From a virus (taxonomy: Duplodnaviria > Caudoviricetes), in the IMG/VR virus record IMGVR_UViG_3300027779_000030, positions 1 through 62,566 of that record: 62,566 bases of DNA; one strand, written 5' to 3'. Below, in pieces: positions 17,442-25,852 of the stretch. The number at the start of each line of letters is the position of its first letter. Positions within the stretch are counted from its first letter, which is position 1. Under the pieces are notes generated by a model, which had not been told where the DNA came from, ran no database searches, and worked only from the letters and a program-made list of their open reading frames with translations. Position numbers and translations under genes: made by a program.

Positions 17442-17744
17442 TTATTTCTTTTTATTTCTATATTTTTTTTCAAAATCATCTAATGTATCTTTTGATTTTT
17501 TAGTGTTTTTTACTTTATCTTTAGATTTTTTAATCTTAGTAGATTGCTTTTTAATCTTTTCCTTTGTTACTTTTTTATCAACATCTACCTTTTTAATCTT
17601 TTCCTTAACCTCATCTACTTCTTCTTCTTTTTTTCTTACTAATTTTTTAAATTTAATTTTACCAGCCGCTGGTGATATAACAAGTAAGAATATAGCGCCG
17701 ATTACTCCGACTACCAATAATATTATTTTCCAAATCTTTTTCAT
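17442..17744 (-). CDS. N-terminally membrane-anchored Lys-rich coiled-coil protein (i-spanin-like candidate)
   Basis: TM segment IILLVVGVIGAIFLLVI followed by a K/E-rich helix. Confidence 0.45.
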   Translation of the reverse strand: MKKIWKIILLVVGVIGAIFLLVISPAAGKIKFKKLVRKKEEEVDEVKEKIKKVDVDKKVTKEKIKKQSTKIKKSKDKVKNTKKSKDTLDDFEKKYRNKKK

Positions 17745-17747
17745 AGT

Positions 17748-17990
17748 TTAAATATTTTTTAATGCTTCTATAAGAGAGCCCATTGTTACCTCTTCTCCAC
17801 ATTGCTCTTCTATATTATTTATAATACGAGCTTCACGTTCTCTTAAGTTATATAATTTACTTAAAAGATTATCTCTTTTTTTACTTATAGTTATTATTTC
17901 TGACTCAAGCTCGTCCAATTCTCCCCTAACTTCGCTAAACAAGTCTCTTATCTCTACTATTTTATCTATATTTTCTTTTTCTATTTTCAT
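17748..17990 (-). CDS. Small coiled-coil hypothetical protein
   Basis: 80-aa ORF with 1-nt overlap to the upstream gene. Confidence 0.55.
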   Translation of the reverse strand: MKIEKENIDKIVEIRDLFSEVRGELDELESEIITISKKRDNLLSKLYNLREREARIINNIEEQCGEEVTMGSLIEALKNI

Positions 17991-20071
17991 TATTCTACTA
18001 TTTTGACATCAAGAGGACCAAGTAATAAGTTTTCTATTCTTCTTAATCTATTTTCTAGTCCCGACGTATTAAAATTATTTGATTGCATACTTTTATTTTC
18101 AGAATTTTCTTCGTTGCTTGTATTATTATTAGTTGTCGAACTATCTAAACTACTATTTGAATTATCTGTACTCGACGTTGAGCTTTTAGAAGTATTTGAG
18201 CTAGAGCTTTCACTATTTGATTCGACATTAGATGTTGATTGTGGAACCTGGCTTGACGTTACAAGAGGAGCAAATGATTTATCTAAAGTATTCACTTCTT
18301 TATTCACTTCTAATGAGCTCGTATTAGTATTAGTAGATATATCTGTTATACTGTCAGTAACTCCTGAGGTTCCCCCGGTTACAAAACTTTTAAGAAGATT
18401 ATTAGTACTGCTTGACGAGTTAGATAGTGCATTAGATGTGATGTTAGACATTCCCTCGTTAATAGGATTATTAATACTTGATATGTTTTCTGTTAAACTA
18501 GGGTTGAGCAGCGAAATATCTCCTCCAGTTTTAAATAAACCACCCTTATTAGATATATTGCTAAATATGTTGGAGTTATTTATTGCGCCGGTAACCTCAT
18601 CACCAAGCGAAGTTTTTTCTGTTGTAATCTCATCAATTGGAGAAACAGCAGGATCAGTTTGACTTATATCTTGAGATGGAGAAGAGATAGATTTAACAGT
18701 ACCATCATCTCCAGAATCTGATATTGAGATTGGGGCAATATTAGATTCAACATCCAGGCCTGAGTCGCTAGGATTTAATATTTGATTTGTACCTGCGTCT
18801 ACTGATTCTTGATTATTCTCTATATTTGTATTACTGTCTACTGATTCTTGATTATTCTCTATATTTGTAATAACATCGCCTTCGTTTATAACAGATTGCG
18901 ATGTAGTAGATACTTCACCAACTCCCCCTTCAATTTGGGAGTCTAATATTGCAGATTCAATAGGCTGAACTTCAGGGGCACTTGCTTCTATTTTAGAAGT
19001 AGTTTCTACATCTTCTAATTTATTAATAGCTGACCATGTTTTTGGCCCGACAATTCCATCTGGGGATAACCCGTTTGCTTTTTGAAACTCTTTTACTGCC
19101 TTTTTAGTAATTGGGCCGAATTTTCCATCTGACTCTATACCGAGAGATTTCTGTAGAAATTCAACATCTTCTCCTTTACTTCCATACTTAATAAGTTTCC
19201 TAGGGGTAGATTCTTCAATATTTATAGAAGGCTCAATTATCTCACTAATATCCTTCTTTGGCTTATCTTCAGATTCATTTATTGGGGTTTCAATAGGACC
19301 GAACTCTTCCTCCTCCTTTACTTTTTCTTCTTCTTTCTCTATCGCATCTTCGTTAAGTAAGTCAAAAACCTTTTCTTCAGTGACAGTATCCTCTTTTACT
19401 TCCTCTTCTTCTATTACTTCGACTGGAGCTACCTCGTCCAGCTTTACATCATCTACTTTATTCTTTAGTGGATTTCCATGTTCCTTACATGCTTCATATA
19501 GTTCAACACTACTAGATATTCCTCTTGGTGGATCAGGAAATGCATTATAGTCAAGGACCATTGATATATCATCTTGATTATCTTCATCATATTCATCCGG
19601 AAAAAATTCCCTAAATAGTTTATCTGAATCTTTAAATACTCCACTTGACATAGATTCTGCCATAGTAGAACCTATTGCTGTCATATACTTACTAAACCAA
19701 TATTCTCCTCCTGCTTCCTTTAGGGCAATATATCGATTAACTGAATCTTTTGCTCCTTGGAGTTGTATTGGAGCATTCTTTCTTTTAAAGAGAGCTCTAA
19801 CTTCGTCTTCAAATGCTCCTTGAAATAAGGTACTTAGGTGATTATTAAATAATATATTATTAAATACTCCATTTTCTGGAAAGGTATCAGCAACTATTTT
19901 TGCATCACCATCTGCTCCATATTCAGTCGCCGCGGATATTGCCGCATTTCTAAGTTTAGTAAATTCCTCTAATTGAGATTCCTTTTTAGATACCCGATCT
20001 TTCTGTTTAGATATTTGATCGTTTGATTTACTATCAAATAATTTAATAAATGCGTCTAATTTTACTCCCAC
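17990..20071 (-). CDS. PG-binding-domain protein with long acidic and Ser/Thr/Asn-rich regions, in the tape-measure/hub position
   Basis: LIKYGSKGEDVEFLQKSLGIESDGKFGPITKKAVKEFQKANGLSPDGIVGPKTW is a clear PG_binding_1 motif; ends RLRRIENLLLGPLDVKIVE; follows the gp26/gp51-like pair. Confidence 0.65.
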   Translation of the reverse strand: MGVKLDAFIKLFDSKSNDQISKQKDRVSKKESQLEEFTKLRNAAISAATEYGADGDAKIVADTFPENGVFNNILFNNHLSTLFQGAFEDEVRALFKRKNAPIQLQGAKDSVNRYIALKEAGGEYWFSKYMTAIGSTMAESMSSGVFKDSDKLFREFFPDEYDEDNQDDISMVLDYNAFPDPPRGISSSVELYEACKEHGNPLKNKVDDVKLDEVAPVEVIEEEEVKEDTVTEEKVFDLLNEDAIEKEEEKVKEEEEFGPIETPINESEDKPKKDISEIIEPSINIEESTPRKLIKYGSKGEDVEFLQKSLGIESDGKFGPITKKAVKEFQKANGLSPDGIVGPKTWSAINKLEDVETTSKIEASAPEVQPIESAILDSQIEGGVGEVSTTSQSVINEGDVITNIENNQESVDSNTNIENNQESVDAGTNQILNPSDSGLDVESNIAPISISDSGDDGTVKSISSPSQDISQTDPAVSPIDEITTEKTSLGDEVTGAINNSNIFSNISNKGGLFKTGGDISLLNPSLTENISSINNPINEGMSNITSNALSNSSSSTNNLLKSFVTGGTSGVTDSITDISTNTNTSSLEVNKEVNTLDKSFAPLVTSSQVPQSTSNVESNSESSSSNTSKSSTSSTDNSNSSLDSSTTNNNTSNEENSENKSMQSNNFNTSGLENRLRRIENLLLGPLDVKIVE
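18797..18869. repeat. 34-bp perfect direct repeat, 39-bp period, in frame (TNIENNQESVD x2)
   Basis: GTCTACTGATTCTTGATTATTCTCTATATTTGTA at 18797-18830 and 18836-18869. Confidence 0.9.
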
Positions 20072-20091
20072 TAATAGTTAGATTATTTTTA

Positions 20092-20313
20092 TTATTTATT
20101 TGTTTTTAGGTGAGAAGGTAATCCTACTTTGGTTTGTGAATTAGGGGCATTAAGATTCGCCTGTTCTCTTATCTTTTTATTTTCTTCCTCAATATCCTTA
20201 TTGATTATATTTAAAAGAAGAGAATATTCTAAATATTCCATATTATATAAAGTATCGAAGCTTTGGTTAAGCTTCACCGCCATTCGAGCATTAAGCTCAA
20301 ATAAGTTCATCAA
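20092..20313 (-). CDS. gp51-like baseplate hub/tail assembly chaperone (small); its frame is open upstream to 20376
   Basis: NLFELNARMAVKLNQSFDTLYNMEYLEYSLLL..I...IEEENK resembles T4-like gp51 small proteins; directly overlaps the gp26-like gene. Confidence 0.6.
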   Translation of the reverse strand: MMNLFELNARMAVKLNQSFDTLYNMEYLEYSLLLNIINKDIEEENKKIREQANLNAPNSQTKVGLPSHLKTNK

Positions 20314-21319
20314 ATCTAGCTGAAATAACGAAAATATCTTTGACAGTGAAGCTTCCTCCCAAAAAAATCGAACTGGTTATTTGGGATTTACAGCTTTCAC
20401 ATACGCACGTTACTTTATTTACCGATGCTTTCTTTAAATCCTCTGTAAATTTATGTATTGCTAAAAATTTATTTTGAGACCAGCTATTAGATCGTATCTT
20501 CAAAGAATGAATTACTTCTCTATTTAGATTTCTAAAATCGTTTAATATATATGGAGAAAAATTATAAAAGGATTCGTCTATATCAATTCCTTTTTTGGAT
20601 TCTCCCTGTCTATATTCTCGAATAGCATTAGTTATTCCTATATTTGGCATACTAAATTCAAGAGTCTCGTTTAATTTTTCAGAAGGTATCACAAATTTCT
20701 TATCCGTATCAGAGTACCATTTCTGTAAATCAGTAGGAATATCAAAGCCTAGTAAATTCTGGCTTCCTACTTGAACCCTATTAACACTCCCACATTTAGT
20801 ATTAGAGCATTTAATATTTGCCATTAATTTATTCTCATTATTAGGAAAAGTTAATTCTTGAATTCTAAAAAGTAAATGAAACTTATCTACTTCTAAGAAA
20901 TCATTTAGATTAAAGTGAATTGGTTTACCTTTTACCTTAAACTTCGTACATTTATTTAAAATAAATCCTATTTTTTCCCTGACATCAATTGGATCATGTT
21001 CATCCATAGTGGACCAGTGTCTAATTTCTTTAGTCTTAGCTGATTTTATAAGAAGTTCTGCTCCTTCTGGATAGAACATTCCTTTACTTGGGAGAAGTGA
21101 GAAACTAAGTAGCTTCCAAGGAGATTCCTCAGCTGCAGTTAATCCTGGGCCTTCCTCAAGCCCTTTTATCTTACCTAGACTAGTTGACACGCTAGGAGAT
21201 GTTGCTTGTTTGTTTTTCTCAACCGTAACTTCAACAGCAGTATTAATCTGATTTTCCTCATCTATACTGTCTAAGTGAGAAAATGCATCACTGTCGGTCA
21301 CGTTTTTACGTTTTGCCAT
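20297..21319 (-). CDS. gp26-like baseplate hub/tail assembly chaperone; likely start ATG 21319
   Basis: LPSKGMFYP...IKSAKTKE, DKFHLLFRIQELTF, and two CxxC-like Zn motifs (CSNTKC, CESC). The track start at 21358 lies inside a terminator hairpin. Confidence 0.7.
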   Translation of the reverse strand: MAKRKNVTDSDAFSHLDSIDEENQINTAVEVTVEKNKQATSPSVSTSLGKIKGLEEGPGLTAAEESPWKLLSFSLLPSKGMFYPEGAELLIKSAKTKEIRHWSTMDEHDPIDVREKIGFILNKCTKFKVKGKPIHFNLNDFLEVDKFHLLFRIQELTFPNNENKLMANIKCSNTKCGSVNRVQVGSQNLLGFDIPTDLQKWYSDTDKKFVIPSEKLNETLEFSMPNIGITNAIREYRQGESKKGIDIDESFYNFSPYILNDFRNLNREVIHSLKIRSNSWSQNKFLAIHKFTEDLKKASVNKVTCVCESCKSQITSSIFLGGSFTVKDIFVISARFDELI

Positions 21320-21346
21320 AATAAAAATGTTTTTTATTTTATATAC

Positions 21347-21380
21347 AAAAAAAGACAATAGTTTTAGAAGCTATTGTCTT
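21347..21380 (-). terminator. Intrinsic terminator downstream of ORF 21413-21883
   Basis: AAGACAATAG (21352-21361) / CTATTGTCTT (21371-21380) 10-bp stem, followed by a T run on the minus strand. Confidence 0.75.
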
Positions 21381-21412
21381 ACTTTGATATTTGTTAAGAT
21401 TATAATAAATAG

Positions 21413-21883
21413 TTAGGATCTTAGAAATTGGGAAAATGTAAGAGCTCGGTTAACTGATTCAAAGATTCTTTCCATAGTATCTACATAAATTTCCTGTACT
21501 TTTCCAGTTTTAGGCTCTACTATGTATACTCGTATTGTATGGTTTCTTCTATCTACTTTTACGTTTTTTAACTTTCCAATTACTACTTTTCCATTGTTTG
21601 ATTTAAGTTGAGAATTAACTAAAATACCTCTGATTAGATCCCCAGGCTGGTAGTGAAATTTTATCTTATTTATGTTTTGGTCAAATTCTCCAATTCCTGG
21701 ATCTCCATGTCTAGACATATCACTTAGCGGTAGTTGTTTTATTGAAACTCCTGGAGTAAACTGGCTTCTTCCTACTGTAAAATTAAAATCTCCTTTTGCG
21801 CCATAAAAGGGTAATCCTCGCATATTATCGCGATTTTGAAAGTTTCCTAACGCACTATTATTTTGTTCCTGAAGCTTCTTCAT
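21413..21883 (-). CDS. Hypothetical protein with SH3-like beta-barrel; C-terminal RALTFSQFL motif
   Basis: YQPGDLIRG...VIGKL...IRVYIV pattern. Confidence 0.5.
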   Translation of the reverse strand: MKKLQEQNNSALGNFQNRDNMRGLPFYGAKGDFNFTVGRSQFTPGVSIKQLPLSDMSRHGDPGIGEFDQNINKIKFHYQPGDLIRGILVNSQLKSNNGKVVIGKLKNVKVDRRNHTIRVYIVEPKTGKVQEIYVDTMERIFESVNRALTFSQFLRS

Positions 21884-21905
21884 GTTTTATAATAAGTATG
21901 ATATT

Positions 21906-22334
21906 TTATCCTAGTCCAAGTATTTGCAATGGAGGAGCTGCCAATCTCTTTCCATATACGGTATACCCTGATCCGACTGTTGTTTCGTTTCCAGCGCTAT
22001 CACAAAATGCAAACCTTCTAATATATACATCTTTTATTAGTGTAGTTCCACAAAAACTGGGACTGCTTGGATCATAGTATGCAAGCGCATATAAAATCCC
22101 AGGAGCGGCTAAATCCATTTGATGTGTCCATATTGCCATATGAGTAGTTCCTCCACCTCCAATTCTTACACATTCTAATTCTACGATAGGACCTGATCCT
22201 ATTCCAACCTTTCCTCCAGATGGACCTACTTGCCAATATCCTAACTTACCACCTCGCTTATCATCGGTTATTTTATGACAATTATAATCTGTTTGTTCGG
22301 TTAGGACTAATATTTCGGTTGCTGATGTTAACAT
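21906..22334 (-). CDS. Hypothetical Gly-rich protein
   Basis: 142-aa ORF in a co-directional late operon. Confidence 0.5.
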   Translation of the reverse strand: MLTSATEILVLTEQTDYNCHKITDDKRGGKLGYWQVGPSGGKVGIGSGPIVELECVRIGGGGTTHMAIWTHQMDLAAPGILYALAYYDPSSPSFCGTTLIKDVYIRRFAFCDSAGNETTVGSGYTVYGKRLAAPPLQILGLG

Positions 22335-22346
22335 AATTAATTTAAT

Positions 22347-22916
22347 TTATTTTTCTGCTTTTCCATAAGTTATTAAACCATTTACTTTAACTTCAAACAA
22401 AGTATTTGGGTTTACTATCTTTATCTTATTTATCAATTGATCCGCATCATTAGATTTAGGATTAGTGATTAATGTAAATAAGTTGTGCATTGGATATTGT
22501 TTATACTGAAGAGACTGTGCATCTTCTATCCATAATTGGACATTCTTATCTTTAATATCTATTTCTTCTCCATTTGTATCTAATTTAGGGTAATCTATTT
22601 TAATTATTATACCTCTAACATATAACTTACCTTCATCTAAAACAGGTGATGGAGATCCTATATTTGTTATTTCATTGTTAAATATTTCTAGCTCTCCATT
22701 ATTAATAGCGGCATGTAGGTGAATACAAGCGTGACCATCAACCGGAGAAACAAAATCAGATAAATCTAAAGATCCTAATGTTGCCCCGGATCCTTTCTCA
22801 AATATTCCAAATTCTTTGCTATCCGTCAGTTGGAGGACAGCACTATGGTCCCCACAATCTTCACATATATCTCTAATTTTAGGAATACTTGAATTAGTTG
22901 TTACATAAGTTGGCAT
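22347..22916 (-). CDS. Hypothetical (probably structural) protein
   Basis: 189-aa ORF; GATAAATA at 22938-22945 upstream. Confidence 0.55.
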   Translation of the reverse strand: MPTYVTTNSSIPKIRDICEDCGDHSAVLQLTDSKEFGIFEKGSGATLGSLDLSDFVSPVDGHACIHLHAAINNGELEIFNNEITNIGSPSPVLDEGKLYVRGIIIKIDYPKLDTNGEEIDIKDKNVQLWIEDAQSLQYKQYPMHNLFTLITNPKSNDADQLINKIKIVNPNTLFEVKVNGLITYGKAEK

Positions 22917-22923
22917 ATTATTG

Positions 22924-23316
22924 TTAATTCTTTTGTTTATTTATCCCCCCAGGATAATTCTTTTCGTCTTTTTTATCTACTCTAGATGATAAATCAGACT
23001 TATGTTTACTATAATGTTCAAATATTTCTCTTTGAGGAACGCCGTCATATAGTCCTTTGGTTCTTAGCCAATAGTTGAGAGCTAATTGATAATCTAGTTC
23101 TTTTGTTAAATTAGAGCTGACTACTGATTGTTTCTTTGATGGAGATGCAACTATTCCACTATCTCTTAAAAATTGCTTATCCTTACTAATTGCCTCCTCT
23201 TGTCTTATCTTTTCTTCTTGAGCGTCATCAAACCAATCATCGACATCGATATGGTCGTCTATTACCCCGATTGAGGTGTCAATTTTTAAATTGGTTGAAT
23301 CGTCTGACTTAACTAC
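22924..23316 (-). CDS. Start-less 130-codon reading frame: -1 frameshift extension of the 23313-23912 membrane protein
   Basis: In the -1 frame after A_AAA_AAG the translation is VVKSDDSTNLKIDTSIGVIDDHIDVDDWFDDAQEEKIRQEEA...LDYQLALNYWLRTKGLYDGVPQREIFEHY...GGINKQKN*. It has no ATG and fills the apparent 400-bp gap exactly. Confidence 0.65.
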   Translation of the reverse strand, partial: VVKSDDSTNLKIDTSIGVIDDHIDVDDWFDDAQEEKIRQEEAISKDKQFLRDSGIVASPSKKQSVVSSNLTKELDYQLALNYWLRTKGLYDGVPQREIFEHYSKHKSDLSSRVDKKDEKNYPGGINKQKN

Positions 23317-23912
23317 TTTTTTTTTGAGTCAGGCTCATAAAAGGTATTTGGAAAATCTTTTGACATTTGCTCCTTTATCTCGCCAGGTGATTGTGGAGCA
23401 GGATCAACTATATTATTAGATTCTTCTTCTTCTTTTTGTAAATTTTCAGTAAATTGAATATAGAAATGAAGTGCAGTAAGTGACATTATTGGAAGAGTAC
23501 CCCCTTGAATCGCTGCTAATAATCTTCGATGATCAACCATTTCCCAATCAAAGAATAGTGGGCTAATTAATTCGACCCAAGAGGCGAATGCCTCGCTAGT
23601 TATATTTATTTCTTTATATTCAAAATATATATTTCCAATTATTTGAATTATAGTAACCATTATGAATAAGAACCATATTGATCCCTTTCCTATTTTAATT
23701 GATGCGGCTGCTACACATGCAATAGCAAAAAATTCAACAGCTACTGATAGATATATTGCCCAGCTTAAAGGGTTTCCGAGATCATACCAACTAACAACAT
23801 GGCTAATTGACATAATAACAACAAGAAGTATTGGAAGTAGGAATGAATTTCTAATAATTGTATTCCTATTGTCTCCGATCCAACCTATAAATCTAGCTAA
23901 TCGGCTAATCAT
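23313..23912 (-). CDS. Multi-pass membrane protein (DUF2637-like), ends at a slippery site
   Basis: 3-4 hydrophobic segments (LLPILLVVIMSISHV, WAIYLSVAVEFFAIACV, WFLFIMVTIIQIIGN, LLAAIQGGTLPIMSLTAL); ends TCA AAA AAA AAG TAG. Confidence 0.7.
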   Translation of the reverse strand: MISRLARFIGWIGDNRNTIIRNSFLLPILLVVIMSISHVVSWYDLGNPLSWAIYLSVAVEFFAIACVAAASIKIGKGSIWFLFIMVTIIQIIGNIYFEYKEINITSEAFASWVELISPLFFDWEMVDHRRLLAAIQGGTLPIMSLTALHFYIQFTENLQKEEEESNNIVDPAPQSPGEIKEQMSKDFPNTFYEPDSKKK

Positions 23913-24222
23913 TTTGTTCTATCTTATTTTTAATTTGAGATAGACTGATTTTTCCTCTATCTAAGTCATCCTCATATATTAAATAATCAAGCATTACCCG
24001 TTCCATTATATCGTTTGCTTCTTTTGAAGATACTGACTTATTTTCTAATACTTTTATTCTATTCGTTAAAGAATCTACAGCGTTAGACAAATCAATGTGA
24101 TTCTGCTCAATAATATTATTTGTTTTTATTATTTTATTACCAGTACATCCTCTTCCTAGAAATAAAAATAGAAATAGGATTGCAAATACTTGCCATGCCC
24201 AGTTTTTTATAAATTGTTTCAT
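23905..24222 (-). CDS. Membrane-anchored (possibly lipoprotein) small protein
   Basis: WAWQVFAILFLFLFLGRGC followed by a helical region; TATAAATA at 24269-24276 upstream. Confidence 0.55.
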   Translation of the reverse strand: MKQFIKNWAWQVFAILFLFLFLGRGCTGNKIIKTNNIIEQNHIDLSNAVDSLTNRIKVLENKSVSSKEANDIMERVMLDYLIYEDDLDRGKISLSQIKNKIEQND

Positions 24223-24349
24223 TTTTAACCGATTATTTTTGTTAAAATTTAACTTATTTTGTTTATATTATTTATACTTCACTTGCAGTAAGTGTTTTTA
24301 ATAGGGAATGCAGCAAAATATCAAAATATAGCCTATTTTAACAATTTTA

Positions 24350-24817
24350 TCATTGTGTAATAAGAAATATCCCTGCAATTATCGGAGAAATTGCTAATAT
24401 TGTAAAATATATTATGCTATATATTAATCTTCTTAAAGAATACTCTCTAAATGCAAATTTTATCTCTATTATATAGCCGTAGTGATCTAAGCTTTGAATT
24501 CGATCGTAATCTGCAGCAATTGAATCTAATATTCCTTCTTTTTTAAGAAATTCTGTAAATATTTTCATTTTGTCTTGAACAAACTTCAGTTCTACAGTTT
24601 CCTGTGAAGATTCCCCATATAGAAGTAGTTCAGGATTAAGATCTACTCCAAAGTACAGCTTATCCTGTTTAAGAGTTAGGCCAACTTGCTCTAATTTTCC
24701 ATTTTCTTTTAATTCTTCAAGAATTGTTTTATACTTTTTGTAATATTTCAATTCAGTTATACAATACTTTAGATAATTGTATACGCTTTTAGGTTTTATA
24801 TAATTTAATATGTTCAT
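24350..24817 (-). CDS. Hypothetical protein with C-terminal transmembrane segment
   Basis: Ends LIYSIIYFTILAISPIIAGIFLITQ. Confidence 0.55.
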   Translation of the reverse strand: MNILNYIKPKSVYNYLKYCITELKYYKKYKTILEELKENGKLEQVGLTLKQDKLYFGVDLNPELLLYGESSQETVELKFVQDKMKIFTEFLKKEGILDSIAADYDRIQSLDHYGYIIEIKFAFREYSLRRLIYSIIYFTILAISPIIAGIFLITQ

Positions 24818-25491
24818 AAGTCGAATATGTGATTTAGTGTTTCTTTAAATGATGGATTTTTTTTCAATACCTTCTCCTTTAGATCAATTCTAACTTTTCT
24901 TAGCTTAGTTTTTACGGTATTCTCATTTATGTTATATTTTATAGCAATATTTTTAACTTTTTCTTTCTTTAACATCTTATCTATTGCTATATTTTTTAAT
25001 AAGTTGTCTTTTATTCCATTAATTTCATCAATAGTTATATTATATAATCTATCCCACTCGTGCTCAGTTTCGTGAAATATGTCAATATAATGATTTCCAT
25101 CTTTTTCTAGCCATGAAGTATCTCCACTATTTCCACCTTCAGAGTTACTTCTACTATATAATGTTGAAATAGAAGTAATTGGATTCCTTTTCTTTTGATA
25201 TAAGAAGAAAAGCGTTTCATTTCTAGCTATTGTATATATCCAAGTGGTAAATCTTCCTTTTTCTATATTAAATTTAGATATATTATTGAATATCTTTTTT
25301 AAAGTCCACTGTAACGCTTCGTCCGTGTCCTCATTGTTTTTACAATATTGCCATATATAATATCTAAGCTTGGGATATATTAATTGAGCTAATTCGTTTC
25401 TTTCCCTTTCTGTAATTTTATTATCAACTAATTTCTGTGATATTTCGTTAATTCTTTCGTTAATTATTTTATTAGTAGTTTCAAATCCCAT
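24814..25491 (-). CDS. Sigma-70 family (ECF-like) RNA polymerase sigma factor
   Basis: Region 2 EDTDEALQWTLKKIFNNISKF...GRFTTWIYTIARNETL; region 4 HTH VKNIAIKYNINENTVKTKLRKVR. Confidence 0.85.
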   Translation of the reverse strand: MGFETTNKIINERINEISQKLVDNKITERERNELAQLIYPKLRYYIWQYCKNNEDTDEALQWTLKKIFNNISKFNIEKGRFTTWIYTIARNETLFFLYQKKRNPITSISTLYSRSNSEGGNSGDTSWLEKDGNHYIDIFHETEHEWDRLYNITIDEINGIKDNLLKNIAIDKMLKKEKVKNIAIKYNINENTVKTKLRKVRIDLKEKVLKKNPSFKETLNHIFDL

Positions 25492-25492
25492 A

Positions 25493-25813
25493 TTATTCCG
25501 TGTGTTGTTTTTTATTATTAGTAGATAGATTATTTATGATATTTACACAAGTTTGACATTTTTCATATTCTTCAAGATCAGGGTTTTTATAGAAATCGAT
25601 ACATCTATTTAATAACGTCACAACTTTATCTCTAGTTAATTTCCAAATGTGTTCTTTACCATTAATAGTTATATTTACCACATTTATTTCTGAAATTTCA
25701 TCTTTTGTGTAATTATCTTGTATAGATGCTAATATATTATCATATATTTCCATCTTATAGTCTTGAAAAATTTGATCTATTGTTATTTCTCCGGTGAAGT
25801 TTAATTTTCGCAT
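25493..25813 (-). CDS. Hypothetical protein with UVR-like C-terminal helix
   Basis: LNRCIDFY...EEYEKCQTC pattern. Confidence 0.5.
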   Translation of the reverse strand: MRKLNFTGEITIDQIFQDYKMEIYDNILASIQDNYTKDEISEINVVNITINGKEHIWKLTRDKVVTLLNRCIDFYKNPDLEEYEKCQTCVNIINNLSTNNKKQHTE

Positions 25814-25852
25814 AAATATGTCTTTGTACTATAATTATACTAAAAAGTCTAA

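Noticed and set aside
18003-18662. 219-aa plus-strand ORF, and the many other short antisense ORFs in the track
   Set aside because: Leu/Val/Ser-rich mirror translations of low-complexity or codon-biased sense genes, with no promoter motif or recognisable domains.
20316-20367. P2-like -1 frameshift at T_TTT_TTG
   Set aside because: The -1 frame reaches TAG after about 14 codons and does not join the downstream gene; only +1/-2 does.
23286-23315. UAG readthrough or TAG recoding as the explanation for the gap after ORF 23313-23912
   Set aside because: The 0 frame hits TAA 8 codons after the TAG and only the -1 frame is long. Genes elsewhere are intact in code 11, so there is no sign of an alternative genetic code.
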